DNA of 64,000 nucleotides from Alphaproteobacteria bacterium UBA6324 (GTDB lineage Bacteria; Pseudomonadota; Alphaproteobacteria; CAAGCB01; CAG-977): NCBI GenBank assembly GCA_002439085.1, contig DJSW01000009.1, positions 42,192 to 106,191 of the forward strand, read 5' to 3'. Shown piece by piece: positions 54,231 to 64,000 of this stretch (position 1 is its first letter; each line of letters starts with the position of its first letter). The notes under the pieces were generated by a model. It saw only the letters and a program-made list of their open reading frames with translations, ran no database searches and was not told where the DNA came from. The position numbers and the translations under genes were made by a program.

Positions 54231-55187
54231 GTGGGATTGCGCCAAAGCTTTTTTATGCGGTTGCGACACTATCCGTTTTTGTTCAAAACGGTGCAAAGGG
54301 CTTTCGATCATCTGCCGATCGTCATGTCCGTGTCCCTGCACGCTTTGGTGATCATCCTGCTGACGTGCGATTTCGCGTCGTCGAAAAAATCCGATGTCGT
54401 TTCCGTGCCGATGTTCGTTGTCGATCTTTCCAAGGTCAAGGTGGCCGACATCACGAACCTGCCGCCAAAGCTGTTGAAAACGGAGGGCAAAAAAAATTCG
54501 TCGCCGCGCATGGTGCGCACATCCGCGTACAGCAAAGCGGCGGCCAAGGAAACGCGTCCGGCGTCGTCGGCCGCGTCGAAATCGAACGGCGCGCGTTTGG
54601 AAAACGAACTGAACAGCCTGTTGAAAAACGTGACGGCGAAAAAAGCGGCAAAGACGCCCTCCGCGTCCAATTCAATCAAATCTTCGGCGTCGAACGGCGC
54701 GGACGATCCGTTCAAAACGCTGCTGGCGTCGGTGGACGGCATTAAAACCGGCATGGGGTACGCGGACGAACAGACGGCCGACATCAATCCGGACGAAGCC
54801 GTCACCGACGGGATCGAAGGCGGGCAGGGCGGCAGCTATATGCAGGAACTGAGTGTTTCGGAAAAGGACATGATCGGAATCAAGCTGCGCGAATGCTGGA
54901 ATTTGGACGCCGGCGTGCGCGGCGCGCAAAATATGCTGATCGAGATCCGCGTCTATCTGGGGACGGACGGCAAAGTCAGGGATGTCAAAATTCTGGACAA
55001 ATCGCGTTACAACAAGGACGCTGCTTTTCGTTCCGTCGCCGAAAGCGCGCGGCGCGCCGTTTACATTTGCGACAAGAAAAACGACGAATCGCCGTTCCGG
55101 ATCTTTCCCAAAAACTATGAACAGGCCTATGACACGTGGAAAACCCTTTTGCTGCGGTTCAACCCGTTGGATGGCGGAGTGATGTGA
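54231..55187 (+). CDS. tolA: TolA-like protein (alphaproteobacterial type). The start is uncertain: GTG 54231 or ATG 54255.
   Basis: Sits between tolR and tolB. N-terminal TM segment, a Ser/Ala/Lys-rich linker, and a C-terminal TolA/TonB-like domain. Confidence 0.6.
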   Translation: MGLRQSFFMRLRHYPFLFKTVQRAFDHLPIVMSVSLHALVIILLTCDFASSKKSDVVSVPMFVVDLSKVKVADITNLPPKLLKTEGKKNSSPRMVRTSAYSKAAAKETRPASSAASKSNGARLENELNSLLKNVTAKKAAKTPSASNSIKSSASNGADDPFKTLLASVDGIKTGMGYADEQTADINPDEAVTDGIEGGQGGSYMQELSVSEKDMIGIKLRECWNLDAGVRGAQNMLIEIRVYLGTDGKVRDVKILDKSRYNKDAAFRSVAESARRAVYICDKKNDESPFRIFPKNYEQAYDTWKTLLLRFNPLDGGVM

Positions 55188-55188
55188 C

Positions 55189-56517
55189 ATGATGAAAAAA
55201 GTGATTTTGTGGACGTTCGCGCTGTTGCTGGCGTCGTTTCAAACGGCGAACGCCGAATTGAGCATTGATATCACGGGCGCGCGTTCCGAACCGATGGCGA
55301 CGGGGCTACCCGCTTTTTCGGCCGGCGGAAAGGGCGCGCGGGACATGGGCGACAAAATCGCCCGCGTGATCGAAGCCGATTTGGAAAGCTCCGGCCTGTT
55401 CAGGATACTGGATCCCATGGCCTATCTGCAAACGTTCAAGGGCATCGGGGACGCGCCGGTTTTCGTCGATTGGCAGGCGATCAAGGCCGAAGCGTTGATC
55501 CAAGGCCACGTCGATTACATCAGCGACCGGCAAATTCGCGTTTCCATCCGGCTGTGGGACGTGTACGCCGCGCAGGAAATGTATTCCGCGACGCTGGAAA
55601 TCGACAACAAAGGCTGGCGCCGCGCCGCGCACATGATCGCGGACGCCGTTTACAAACGCATCACGGGCGAAGAGGGGTATTTCGACACCCGCATCGTTTA
55701 CATCGCGGAAACGGGTTCGCCGTTGAAACGCATCAAACGGCTGGCGATCATGGATCAGGACGGCGAAAACCACCAATTCCTGACCGACGGACTGAATCTG
55801 GTTTTGACGCCGCGTTTTTCGCCGAATATGCAGCAGATCACTTACCTGTCGTTTTACAAAGACACGCCTCGCGTCTATCTGTTCGACATTGAAACGGGCA
55901 AACAGCAGGTCGTCGGCGATTTCCCCGGCATGACGTTCGCGCCGCGTTTTTCCCCCGACGGACACAAGCTGGTCATGTCGATGGCGGAAAACGGCAACAC
56001 GGACATTTACGAACTGAATCTGGACACGCGCGCCGTGCGCCAGCTGACCCGTTCGCCGGCGATCGAAACGTCGCCCAGCTATTCGCCCGACGGCAAAAAG
56101 ATCGTGTTCAACTCCGACCGCAGCGGGGCGCAGCAGCTGTACGTCATGGACGCGAACGGCAAAAACGTCAAACGCATCAGTTTCGGCAAAGGCCGGTACG
56201 CGACGCCGGTTTGGTCGCCGCGCGGGGATTACATCGCCTTTACGAAAATGGCGGGCGGCAAGTTTTACATCGGTGTGATGTTCCCCGACGGCCGCGGCGA
56301 ACGGCTGGTGGCCGAAGGCTATTTGGTCGAAGCGCCGACATGGTCGCCGAACGGGCGCATTTTGATGTATTTCCGTCAGGAACCGCCCAACCGGTACGGC
56401 ATCCCCGGCGCGACGAAAATTTACGCCGTCGATATCACGGGGTACAACGAACGCCGATTGATCACGCCGGTGGACGCGTCGGATCCGGCGTGGTCGCCCC
56501 TGTTGTCGAACCGGTGA
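55189..56517 (+). CDS. tolB: Tol-Pal system beta-propeller protein TolB.
   Basis: Signal peptide, then repeated PRFSPDG / PSYSPDG / PVWSPRG / PTWSPNG blades. Confidence 0.9.
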   Translation: MMKKVILWTFALLLASFQTANAELSIDITGARSEPMATGLPAFSAGGKGARDMGDKIARVIEADLESSGLFRILDPMAYLQTFKGIGDAPVFVDWQAIKAEALIQGHVDYISDRQIRVSIRLWDVYAAQEMYSATLEIDNKGWRRAAHMIADAVYKRITGEEGYFDTRIVYIAETGSPLKRIKRLAIMDQDGENHQFLTDGLNLVLTPRFSPNMQQITYLSFYKDTPRVYLFDIETGKQQVVGDFPGMTFAPRFSPDGHKLVMSMAENGNTDIYELNLDTRAVRQLTRSPAIETSPSYSPDGKKIVFNSDRSGAQQLYVMDANGKNVKRISFGKGRYATPVWSPRGDYIAFTKMAGGKFYIGVMFPDGRGERLVAEGYLVEAPTWSPNGRILMYFRQEPPNRYGIPGATKIYAVDITGYNERRLITPVDASDPAWSPLLSNR

Positions 56518-56605
56518 TAAAATGTGAAATAAAGGTTGCGCTTTCGGCCGTTTTTCTTTACATTGGTTTCAGTTTCGAGTTGTCTTTGTTTTTAGGAGTA
56601 TCTCT

Positions 56606-57073
56606 ATGAAGAAACATCTGTTTGCCGCTTTGGCCGCCGTCGCTTTGGTTTCCGGTTGCGCTTCCACCGCGCCGCAGGAAGACGAGGCCGCCGTTTCCGT
56701 TTCCGTTGAACAGGACGGTCAGGACGAAGCTTTCGTTCAAAACGCGCAGGATCGCGTTTTCTTCGGTTTCGACCAGTCCAAGCTGACGGCTGAAGCTGTC
56801 AACGTTTTGAAGGCGCAGGCCGAATGGCTGAACGCCAACACGGCCAAAAACGTCGTGATCGAAGGTCACACCGACGATCGCGGCACGCGCGATTACAACC
56901 TGGCTTTGGGTGAACGCCGCGCCGTCGCCGTCAAAAACTACCTGATCTCCCGCGGGGTTGAAGCCGACCGCATCCGCGTGATTTCCTACGGCAAGGAACG
57001 TCCGGCCGTCGTCGGCGCGAACGAAGCCGCCTGGTCGCAGAACCGCCGCGCGGTCACGATCGTTAAAGACTAA
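56606..57073 (+). CDS. pal: Peptidoglycan-associated lipoprotein Pal.
   Basis: Lipobox LVSGC. OmpA_C motifs VVIEGHTDDRGTRDYNLALGERRA. Confidence 0.85.
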   Translation: MKKHLFAALAAVALVSGCASTAPQEDEAAVSVSVEQDGQDEAFVQNAQDRVFFGFDQSKLTAEAVNVLKAQAEWLNANTAKNVVIEGHTDDRGTRDYNLALGERRAVAVKNYLISRGVEADRIRVISYGKERPAVVGANEAAWSQNRRAVTIVKD

Positions 57074-57095
57074 TTGCCAGCTTATCCGGCAACGA

Positions 57096-57127
57096 AAAGC
57101 ACCCTACAATCAGGGTGCTTTTTTTGT
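57096..57127 (+). terminator. Rho-independent terminator after pal.
   Basis: aaaagcaccctacaatcagggtgcttttttt. Confidence 0.55.
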
Positions 57128-57149
57128 TGAACAGATAAGGAGAGGAGCA

Positions 57150-57578
57150 ATGAAAAAAACGATGACTGTTCTGGCCGCCGCCGTTCTGGCCGTGACCGGA
57201 TGCGCCCGCACCGCCACGAAATGCGAAGCGTTTAAAGAGGTTTTCAAACAAAATCAAGCCTATTTCGCCACGAACAAGGCGGAGCTGACGCCGGAAACCA
57301 AGCAGGTGCTGGATAAACAGGCGCAATGGTTGAAATCCAATCCGGAAAAGAAAATCATTGTGAAAGGCTACACCGACCCGCGAGGCAACGCGGAACACAA
57401 TATGCGTTTGGGGCAAAAACGCGCGCAGGCCGTCAAAGACTATCTGGTGCAATCGGGGGTGGACGCGAATCGCGTGTCCGTCGTTTCGTTCGGCGAAACG
57501 GATTTGGCGTCAACGAAAAACACACATGACGGATGGGTCGAAGACCGCCGCACCGTCAGTGTGATCGTCACGGAATGA
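57150..57578 (+). CDS. Second Pal-like OmpA-family lipoprotein (tandem paralog).
   Basis: Lipobox LAVTGC. KIIVKGYTDPRGNAEHNMRLGQKRAQAV. Confidence 0.8.
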   Translation: MKKTMTVLAAAVLAVTGCARTATKCEAFKEVFKQNQAYFATNKAELTPETKQVLDKQAQWLKSNPEKKIIVKGYTDPRGNAEHNMRLGQKRAQAVKDYLVQSGVDANRVSVVSFGETDLASTKNTHDGWVEDRRTVSVIVTE

Positions 57579-57605
57579 CGCCGTTTAAAAAACAGTGGCA
57601 TATGG

Positions 57606-57640
57606 AAAAGAGTGCTTTATAATAAAGCACTCTTTTTTTG
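57606..57640 (+). terminator. Rho-independent terminator after the second pal-like gene.
   Basis: aaagagtgctttataataaagcactcttttttt. Confidence 0.55.
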
Positions 57641-57660
57641 ATTATCCGCGGAATGAAACA

Positions 57661-58569
57661 ATGAAGAAAAAACTGTTTGTCGTGTTTGTCGCTTTGATGC
57701 TGTCGGCGCGTCCGGCCGTTTCGGCGACGATCAATATCGGGGAACTGGCCGACCGTTTGGACAGGATGGAGGACGCGTTGAAAGGCGTTCAGAAAAAGCT
57801 GTCCAACAATTATGTGGGCAGCGCGAAACAGCCCGCGGGAAAAGACGCGGCCGGCGACGACAAGCTGGACGGGATGCTGATGCGTTTGCAAGAGGCGGAA
57901 CAAACCCTGCGTCAGCTGACGGGGGAAATCGAAACGGTGAAATTCGCGCAGGACGAACTGCAAAACCGGATCGACCGGATCAGCGCCGATATGTCTTTGC
58001 GTTTCGCGGAAACGGACAAGAAGCTGCAGGCGGCGGAAGAGAAGATCAAGAAATTTGAGGCGGAAAAAAAAGCCGTCGAAAACGCTAAAAAAGAAGCGGA
58101 ACGCAAGAAAAAGGAACAGGAGCAGGCTGCCGTCAAAGCCGCTAAAGAAAAGGAAAAGCAGATCAGGGACAAATACGGTAAAAAGAAGCCCCGCGAACTG
58201 TACGACGATGCTTTCGCCGCGATTAAGAAACAGCAGTACAAAACGGCGCAGGCGCAGTTCGAGGCTTTTTTGGTGCTGTACCCGAAAAACGAACTGGCCG
58301 GAAACGCGCAGTATTGGTTGGGCGAATCGTTTTTCGCGCGGGCGCAGTATTCGCAGGCGGCCGTCGCTTTCGCCGAGGGGTTCAAAAACTACCGCGCCAA
58401 CCAGAAAGCGCCGGACAATCTGTTCAAATTGGGCGTCACGATGGCGAAGATGAATAAGAAAAAAGAAGCGTGCATCGCTTTTGAAAACTTTGTCAAAGAA
58501 TACCCCAAAGTGTCCGAATCCATGAAAAAACGGCTGGACAAGGAAGTCCAAAAACTTTCATGTCCGTAG
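57661..58569 (+). CDS. cpoB: Cell division coordinator CpoB (YbgF), with a TPR domain.
   Basis: Signal peptide MKKKLFVVFVALMLSARPAVSA. N-terminal coiled coil and C-terminal TPR repeats (YWLGESFFARAQYSQA). The track's 5' extension runs through the terminator and was rejected. Confidence 0.8.
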   Translation: MKKKLFVVFVALMLSARPAVSATINIGELADRLDRMEDALKGVQKKLSNNYVGSAKQPAGKDAAGDDKLDGMLMRLQEAEQTLRQLTGEIETVKFAQDELQNRIDRISADMSLRFAETDKKLQAAEEKIKKFEAEKKAVENAKKEAERKKKEQEQAAVKAAKEKEKQIRDKYGKKKPRELYDDAFAAIKKQQYKTAQAQFEAFLVLYPKNELAGNAQYWLGESFFARAQYSQAAVAFAEGFKNYRANQKAPDNLFKLGVTMAKMNKKKEACIAFENFVKEYPKVSESMKKRLDKEVQKLSCP

Positions 58570-59831
58570 AACAAACCCGCGCCGTTTTTCAAAAAGCGAT
58601 GCGTTCGTTCGGGTTGCCGGACGGGGGAAAGATCGCCGTCGCCGTTTCCGGCGGGGCGGACAGCACCGCGCTGTGCGGTTTGACGCGGGAATACACGCGG
58701 CAAAACGGCGGGGAAATGCTGGCTTTGGTCGTTGACCACGGGTTGCGCGCCGTGTCGCGCGAACAGGCTCTGACAACCGTCAACCGGCTGCAAAGCCGCG
58801 GCGTCGAATGTCGTTTGCTGACGTGGACGGGCGAAAAACCGGCGACCGGCGTCGAACGGGCGGCGCGCGAAGCCCGATACGGGCTGTTGGCGGACGCGTG
58901 TCGCGCGGCGGGGGCGAAATCGCTGCTGCTTGGGCATCACCGGCAGGATCAGGCGGAAACGTATCTGATCCGTTTGGAACGGCACAGCAAATCGGCGGGG
59001 CTGGCCGGAATGTCGGCCGTCCGGCAAACGGGATACGGCCGGATATTGCGTCCGCTGCTGGGGATCGCGCCTGCGGATTTGCGGGAATACAACCGGCGCG
59101 AGGGGCTGGATTGGGTCGAGGACGAAACCAACCTGTCCGACGATTTCGCCCGCGGCCGTTTGCGTCGGGTCTTGACGGCGGCGGAGATCGACACGGCGTT
59201 TGAACAGACCCTGCGTTACGGGGCTTTGCGTCGCGCGCAAGAGGAAAAGGCCGCTCGTTTCATCAACGCGCGCGTCGAACGAAATGAAAAGGGATATCTG
59301 CTGTTTTCCCGCGACGCTTTTGCGGAAACGGACGCGGAAACGGGCGTTTTCCTGCTGGGGGATTTTTTGCGGTTTGTCGGAAACGGGATTTACGCGCCGC
59401 GCACGGACAGCCTTGAATCGTTGAACGGGCGGTTGCTGCGGTCGCCGGATTTCCGCGGGGCGTCGCTGGGCGGATGTTTGATCGCGCCGGCGTCCGAAGG
59501 GCGGGTGATCGTTTGGCGCGAGGAACGCGATTTGCCCCCGCCCGCGATTGCGGCGGCGGGTGCGACGCGCTTTTCATGGGACAGGTTCACGTTCGATTTC
59601 GATGCGCCGCTTGATTTTCCCGTGACGGCCGCGCCGTTGGGACACCGGCTGCGGATCGGAAACGTGTTCGGCAAACGGGCTTTTTCCGTCCTGCCGGCGA
59701 TTTTTGACAATCAGGGGCTTTTTATTGTGCCGCATTTAGGGTATAAACGAACAAATGCGACTTGTCGGGTCGCGTTCACGCCGCGCAATTCGCTGTGCGA
59801 AACGGCGCAATGGACGTGTCCCGTAACATAA
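58560..59831 (+). CDS. tilS: tRNA(Ile)-lysidine synthetase.
   Basis: PP-loop motif [11 protein letters not shown]. Confidence 0.85.
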   Translation: MSVEQTRAVFQKAMRSFGLPDGGKIAVAVSGGADSTALCGLTREYTRQNGGEMLALVVDHGLRAVSREQALTTVNRLQSRGVECRLLTWTGEKPATGVERAAREARYGLLADACRAAGAKSLLLGHHRQDQAETYLIRLERHSKSAGLAGMSAVRQTGYGRILRPLLGIAPADLREYNRREGLDWVEDETNLSDDFARGRLRRVLTAAEIDTAFEQTLRYGALRRAQEEKAARFINARVERNEKGYLLFSRDAFAETDAETGVFLLGDFLRFVGNGIYAPRTDSLESLNGRLLRSPDFRGASLGGCLIAPASEGRVIVWREERDLPPPAIAAAGATRFSWDRFTFDFDAPLDFPVTAAPLGHRLRIGNVFGKRAFSVLPAIFDNQGLFIVPHLGYKRTNATCRVAFTPRNSLCETAQWTCPVT

Positions 59832-59842
59832 AGGCGGTGGAT

Positions 59843-61750
59843 GTGAGTAAAAATTTATTGGTTTGGCTGATTGCCGGCTTTCTGTTGTTCAGCCTGTTCG
59901 GCGCGTTCCAAAACGGCGGCGCGGGGAAAAACCGCACGGTTCTGGCTTTTTCCGAATTCACGCAACAGGTGCGCGACGGCAAAGTGCGCGAAGTCGTCAT
60001 GCAGGGCAACAAAATCGCCGGCGTTTCGACGGACGGACGCAAATTCGCGCTGTATGCGCCCGACGACGCTGGGTTGGTTGACAAGCTGTTGGAAAAGGAT
60101 GTCCGCGTCACCGCCGTTCCGCCCGAAAGCGAAGATTCTTTCTGGGGCGGCCTGCTGTACTGGCTGCCGTTCATCCTGTTTCTGGGCGTGTGGATTTTCT
60201 TTATGCGCCAGATGTCCGCCGGCAACGGCAAGGCGATGAACTTCGGCAAATCGCGCGCCCGTATGCTGGAGGGGCAGGGCAAGGTCACGTTCGCCGACGT
60301 GGCCGGCATCGACGAAGCCAAAGAGGATTTGGTTGAAATCGTCGATTATTTGAAAGACCCCGCCCGTTTCCAACGCTTGGGCGGCAAAATCCCCCGCGGC
60401 GTTCTGCTGGTCGGCCCCCCCGGAACGGGCAAGACGCTGTTGGCCAAAGCCGTCGCGGGCGAGGCGGACGTGCCGTTCTTTACCATTTCCGGTTCGGATT
60501 TCGTTGAAATGTTCGTCGGCGTCGGCGCGTCGCGCGTCCGCGATATGTTTGATCAGGCGAAAAAACACGCGCCGTGTCTGGTCTTTATCGACGAAATCGA
60601 CGCGGTCGGGCGTCACCGCGGCGCGGGATTGGGCGGCGGCAACGACGAACGCGAACAGACGTTGAATCAGCTGTTAGTGGAAATGGACGGTTTCGACACG
60701 GACGAAGCGGTCATTTTGATCGCGGCGACGAACCGCCCCGACGTGCTTGACCCCGCTTTGCTGCGCCCCGGCCGTTTCGACCGGCAGGTCGTCGTGCCGA
60801 ACCCCGATTTGGCGGGACGCGAGAAAATCCTTGCCGTTCATATGAAAAAAAGCCCGATGGGCCCCGATGTCGATATCAAAAAAATCGCGCGCGGCACCCC
60901 CGGATTTTCGGGCGCTGATCTGGCGAATCTGGTCAACGAAGCCGCTTTGCTGGCGGCGCGGCGCAACAAACGCGTCGTGACGATGGCGGAATTTGAATAC
61001 GCCAAGGACAAGGTGATGATGGGCGCGGAACGCAAATCCCACATCATGACCGAGGACGACAAGAAAATGACCGCCTATCACGAAGCCGGCCACGCCCTGA
61101 TGATTCTGGAATCGCCCCATTCCGACCCGCTACACAAAGTCACGATCATTCCGCGCGGGCGGGCGTTGGGTGTCACGATGTCCCTGCCGACGGACGACAA
61201 GGATTCGCGTTCCTACATTTATTTGAAAGAGCGCATGGGCATCTGTTTCGGCGGCCGCGTGGCCGAGGAAATGATTTTCGGCGCGGACAACGTATCCACC
61301 GGCGCGTCGCAGGACATCCGCGTGGCGACGAACATCGCGCGCAACATGGTCACGCAGTGGGGTATGAACAAAAACATCGGTCCCGTCGCGATCGAAGAAC
61401 CCGACGGCGAAGTGTTCCTCGGCTATTCGATTTCGCAGCGCAAAAACGTGTCCGAAGAGTTGGCCGCGAAAGTCGATGCGGAAATCAAGGAGCTGATTGA
61501 CGAAGCCTATCGCACCTGTCAACGCGTTTTGCATGACAAACGCGACGCGCTGGAAAGCATCGCGCAGGGGCTGCTGGAATATGAAACGCTGACGGCGGAC
61601 GAAGTCAACGCCTTGATCCGCGGCGAAAAAATCACCCGCGAAGAGGAGGGCGTCCACGTTTCCGTGCGTTCGACCGTGCCGATCACGGACGACGCGGAAC
61701 CGGCCGGAACGGACGGCGGAAATTCCGGCGGCGATGAACCGCAGGAATAG
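59843..61750 (+). CDS. ftsH: ATP-dependent zinc metalloprotease FtsH.
   Basis: The GTG start gives (M)[14 protein letters not shown], a typical FtsH N-terminus. Walker A GPPGTGKT, second region of homology, and HEAGHA zinc site. The alternative upstream ATG 59813 overlaps tilS. Confidence 0.85.
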   Translation: MSKNLLVWLIAGFLLFSLFGAFQNGGAGKNRTVLAFSEFTQQVRDGKVREVVMQGNKIAGVSTDGRKFALYAPDDAGLVDKLLEKDVRVTAVPPESEDSFWGGLLYWLPFILFLGVWIFFMRQMSAGNGKAMNFGKSRARMLEGQGKVTFADVAGIDEAKEDLVEIVDYLKDPARFQRLGGKIPRGVLLVGPPGTGKTLLAKAVAGEADVPFFTISGSDFVEMFVGVGASRVRDMFDQAKKHAPCLVFIDEIDAVGRHRGAGLGGGNDEREQTLNQLLVEMDGFDTDEAVILIAATNRPDVLDPALLRPGRFDRQVVVPNPDLAGREKILAVHMKKSPMGPDVDIKKIARGTPGFSGADLANLVNEAALLAARRNKRVVTMAEFEYAKDKVMMGAERKSHIMTEDDKKMTAYHEAGHALMILESPHSDPLHKVTIIPRGRALGVTMSLPTDDKDSRSYIYLKERMGICFGGRVAEEMIFGADNVSTGASQDIRVATNIARNMVTQWGMNKNIGPVAIEEPDGEVFLGYSISQRKNVSEELAAKVDAEIKELIDEAYRTCQRVLHDKRDALESIAQGLLEYETLTADEVNALIRGEKITREEEGVHVSVRSTVPITDDAEPAGTDGGNSGGDEPQE

Positions 61751-61858
61751 CCTTTCGTATGGTTTCGTAACAGAATGTGTATTGAACGTCCCGTCGGATT
61801 TGGTAAAACGAAACGGCGGGACATCACCGTTTAAACGGATTATTTTAAGGAGCTTGAC

Positions 61859-63238
61859 ATGGCGGTAAGAAAACTTTTCGGAACGGACGGCGTTCGCGGC
61901 AAAGCGAACCAATACCCGATGACGGCGGAAATCGCGCTGAAACTGGGGATCGCGGCGGGGTCTTTGTTCAAACGCGGCGACCACCGCCGGCAGGTCGTCA
62001 TCGGCAAAGACACGCGCCTGTCGGGCTATATGATCGAAACGGCGCTGACGGCCGGATTTACGGCGGTCGGCATGGACGTTTTGCTGTTGGGGCCGATGCC
62101 CACGCCCGCGGTGGCGATGCTGACCCGTTCGATGCGCGCCGATCTGGGCGTCGTCATTTCCGCGTCGCACAACCCGTACGAGGACAACGGCATTAAATTC
62201 TTCGGTCCCGACGGGTACAAGCTGTCCGACGAAATGGAATTGGAAATCGAGGAACGCGTGTTCGGCGACACAAAGGATTGTTTGGCGCCGTCGTCGCAGA
62301 TCGGTCAGGCGCGGCGTTTGGACGACGCGGTCGGCCGTTACATCGAATACGCGAAAAACACGTTTCCGCGCGGCAAACGTCTGGACGGGCTGAAAGTCGT
62401 TCTGGACTGCGCGAACGGCGCGTCCTACCGCGTCGCGCCGACGGTTCTGTACGAATTGGGGGCGGAGGTCGTCGCGATCAGCGTCGATCCCGACGGACGC
62501 AACATCAACGCCGATTGCGGCGCTTTGCACACCGATAAAATGTGCGAACAGGTCGTCAAACAGGGGGCGGACATCGGCATCGCTTTGGACGGCGACGCCG
62601 ACCGGCTGATCGTTTGCGACGAAAAGGGGCAAGTGATCGACGGCGACCAGATTTTGGCGCTGGTCAGCCGCGAATGGAAAGAATCCGGCATTCTGAAAGG
62701 CAACGGCGTCGTCACGACCGTGATGTCGAATCTGGGGCTGGAAAGATACTTGAAAGCCAACGGCCTGAAGCACATCCGCACGCAGGTCGGCGACCGTTAC
62801 GTCGTCGAACGGATGCGGGCGGACGGCTACAATCTGGGCGGCGAACAATCCGGTCACCTGATTTTGGGCGAACATTCGACGACGGGCGACGGGCTGGTCG
62901 CCGCGTTGCAGGTTTGCGCCGCCGTCGTCAAGGAAAGAAAGCCCGTCAGCCGGGTCATGCACTTGTTCGAGCCCGTGCCGCAGCTGTTGAAAAACGTGCG
63001 CCTGTCCGATCGCGCGTTGGCGCGGGCGGCGCTGGACAGCGAAAACGTCAAGATCGCGATCGACAAAACGGAACGCGCGTTGGGCGACAACGGGCGGCTG
63101 CTGATCCGTCCGTCCGGCACGGAACCGCTGATCCGCATTATGCTGGAGGGCGAAGACCAAGCCCAAATCGCCGCGATGGCCGAAGAAATCGCGCAGGCTT
63201 TGATCGGCGAAGTCAAAGCGTTGGAAGCGCATCTGTGA
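61859..63238 (+). CDS. glmM: Phosphoglucosamine mutase.
   Basis: [14 protein letters not shown] and the active-site ASHNP. AAGGAG SD. Confidence 0.9.
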   Translation: MAVRKLFGTDGVRGKANQYPMTAEIALKLGIAAGSLFKRGDHRRQVVIGKDTRLSGYMIETALTAGFTAVGMDVLLLGPMPTPAVAMLTRSMRADLGVVISASHNPYEDNGIKFFGPDGYKLSDEMELEIEERVFGDTKDCLAPSSQIGQARRLDDAVGRYIEYAKNTFPRGKRLDGLKVVLDCANGASYRVAPTVLYELGAEVVAISVDPDGRNINADCGALHTDKMCEQVVKQGADIGIALDGDADRLIVCDEKGQVIDGDQILALVSREWKESGILKGNGVVTTVMSNLGLERYLKANGLKHIRTQVGDRYVVERMRADGYNLGGEQSGHLILGEHSTTGDGLVAALQVCAAVVKERKPVSRVMHLFEPVPQLLKNVRLSDRALARAALDSENVKIAIDKTERALGDNGRLLIRPSGTEPLIRIMLEGEDQAQIAAMAEEIAQALIGEVKALEAHL

Positions 63239-63253
63239 TTTGAAAAGGGGAAT

Positions 63254-64000
63254 ATGAAAATGCAAAAGCCCGTTGAAAAACCGAATTGCCCGAACTTTTC
63301 GTCGGGGCCTTGCGCCAAACGGCCGGGGTGGACGCCCGACGTTTTGAACACGAACGTTTTGGGGCGGTCGCACCGTTCCGTTTTGGGGCGTTCGCGCCTG
63401 AAACTGGCGATTGATTTGATGAAAGAGGTTTTGGGCGTTCCCGAAGCCTACCGCGTCGGCATCATGCCCGCGTCGGATACGGGGGCGGTCGAAGCGGCAC
63501 TGTGGTCTTTGCTGGGCGCGCGCGGCATTGATATGTTTTCGTGGGAAACGTTCGGCAAAGGGTGGGTGACGGATGTCGTCAAACAGCTGAAACTGACCGA
63601 CGTGCGCGTGTTTGACGCCCCTTACGGTCGGTTGCCCGACCTGTCGCAAGCCGACAAAGACCGCGATATCGTGTTCGCGTGGAACGGCACAACATCGGGC
63701 GTTTGCGCGCCGAACGGCGATTGGATCGCGGCGGACAGGACGGGGCTGACGATTTGCGACGCGACCTCGGCCGCTTTTGCGATGGATCTGCCGTGGGAAA
63801 AGCTGGATGTCGTGACGTTTTCGTGGCAAAAAGCGTTGGGCGGCGAAGCGGCGCACGGCGTCCTGATCCTCAGCCCGCGGGCGGTCGAACGGCTGGAAAG
63901 CTACACGCCCGCGTGGCCGATGCCGAAAATTTTCCGCATGACGGCGAACGGCAAGCTGAACGAAGGCATTTTTGTCGGCGATACGATCAACACGCCGTCC
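63254..64000 (+). CDS. serC: Phosphoserine aminotransferase (partial, runs off the window end).
   Basis: [14 protein letters not shown]... is the SerC N-terminus. AAGGGG SD. The frame is open to position 64000, so it is absent from the ORF track. Confidence 0.75.
   Translation, partial: MKMQKPVEKPNCPNFSSGPCAKRPGWTPDVLNTNVLGRSHRSVLGRSRLKLAIDLMKEVLGVPEAYRVGIMPASDTGAVEAALWSLLGARGIDMFSWETFGKGWVTDVVKQLKLTDVRVFDAPYGRLPDLSQADKDRDIVFAWNGTTSGVCAPNGDWIAADRTGLTICDATSAAFAMDLPWEKLDVVTFSWQKALGGEAAHGVLILSPRAVERLESYTPAWPMPKIFRMTANGKLNEGIFVGDTINTPS

Noticed and set aside
57595-57660. 5' extension of cpoB (MAYGKECFIIKHSFFDYPRNET...).
   Set aside because: It reads through the rho-independent terminator of the upstream pal-like gene. 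The ATG at 57661 begins a canonical signal peptide.
61130-63856. 908-aa minus-strand ORF spanning ftsH-glmM-serC.
   Set aside because: It is antisense to three highly conserved genes, so it is clearly a spurious GC-rich open frame.
1-64000. Search for tRNA/rRNA genes, CRISPR arrays, integrases, transposases and IS elements.
   Set aside because: No T-loop (GGTTCGAnTCC) or cloverleaf candidates appear in any intergenic gap. No regularly spaced short repeats. No integrase or transposase motifs. The only repeats found are intragenic or paralog-derived (reported).

Overview
This 64-kb window looks like a chromosomal segment of an alphaproteobacterium with moderately high GC. That reading rests on the conserved blocks: yebC-ruvCAB, ybgC-tolQ-tolR-tolA-tolB-pal-cpoB(ybgF)-tilS-ftsH-glmM-serC, efp/epmA, and zapA-6S RNA-5-formyltetrahydrofolate cyclo-ligase. 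Coding is dense on both strands. Strong Shine-Dalgarno (SD) sites and hairpin plus T-run terminators delimit most genes. Housekeeping genes present include rpmE, suhB, galU, mscL, D-2-hydroxyacid dehydrogenase, alanine aminotransferase, an FAD oxidoreductase, an MFS transporter and a class III adenylate cyclase.

Several accessory or unusual modules sit between the conserved blocks:
- An ~8.3-kb insertion exactly between ruvB and ybgC carries five paralogous small proteins with a central Gly/Ala-rich hydrophobic hairpin, interleaved with three HExxH(...ExxxD) zincin-like proteins. None has a signal peptide. A fourth related HExxH protein is at 18.3-20.7 kb. This is the most novel-looking system in the window.
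- Two tandem paralogs carry a colicin E9/pyocin-type HNH DNase domain, with no delivery domains and no immunity gene.
- A GmrSD-like (DUF262-DUF1524) type IV restriction enzyme.
- A three-gene cluster: secreted OmpA-like protein, MotA/TolQ-like channel, and MotB-like protein with a long coiled coil.
- A multi-PAS 'histidine kinase' whose dimerization/phosphotransfer region contains no histidine, so it is a pseudokinase.
- MscL with a C-terminal CxxC...CxxC zinc ribbon.
- An orphan HydG-like radical SAM maturase with a TM1266-type regulator.
- Tandem DHH/DHHA1 paralogs, tandem pal paralogs, and a probable unannotated 6S RNA.

No tRNA, rRNA, CRISPR array, integrase or transposase was recognised. 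The many long ORFs antisense to real genes are GC-driven shadow ORFs.
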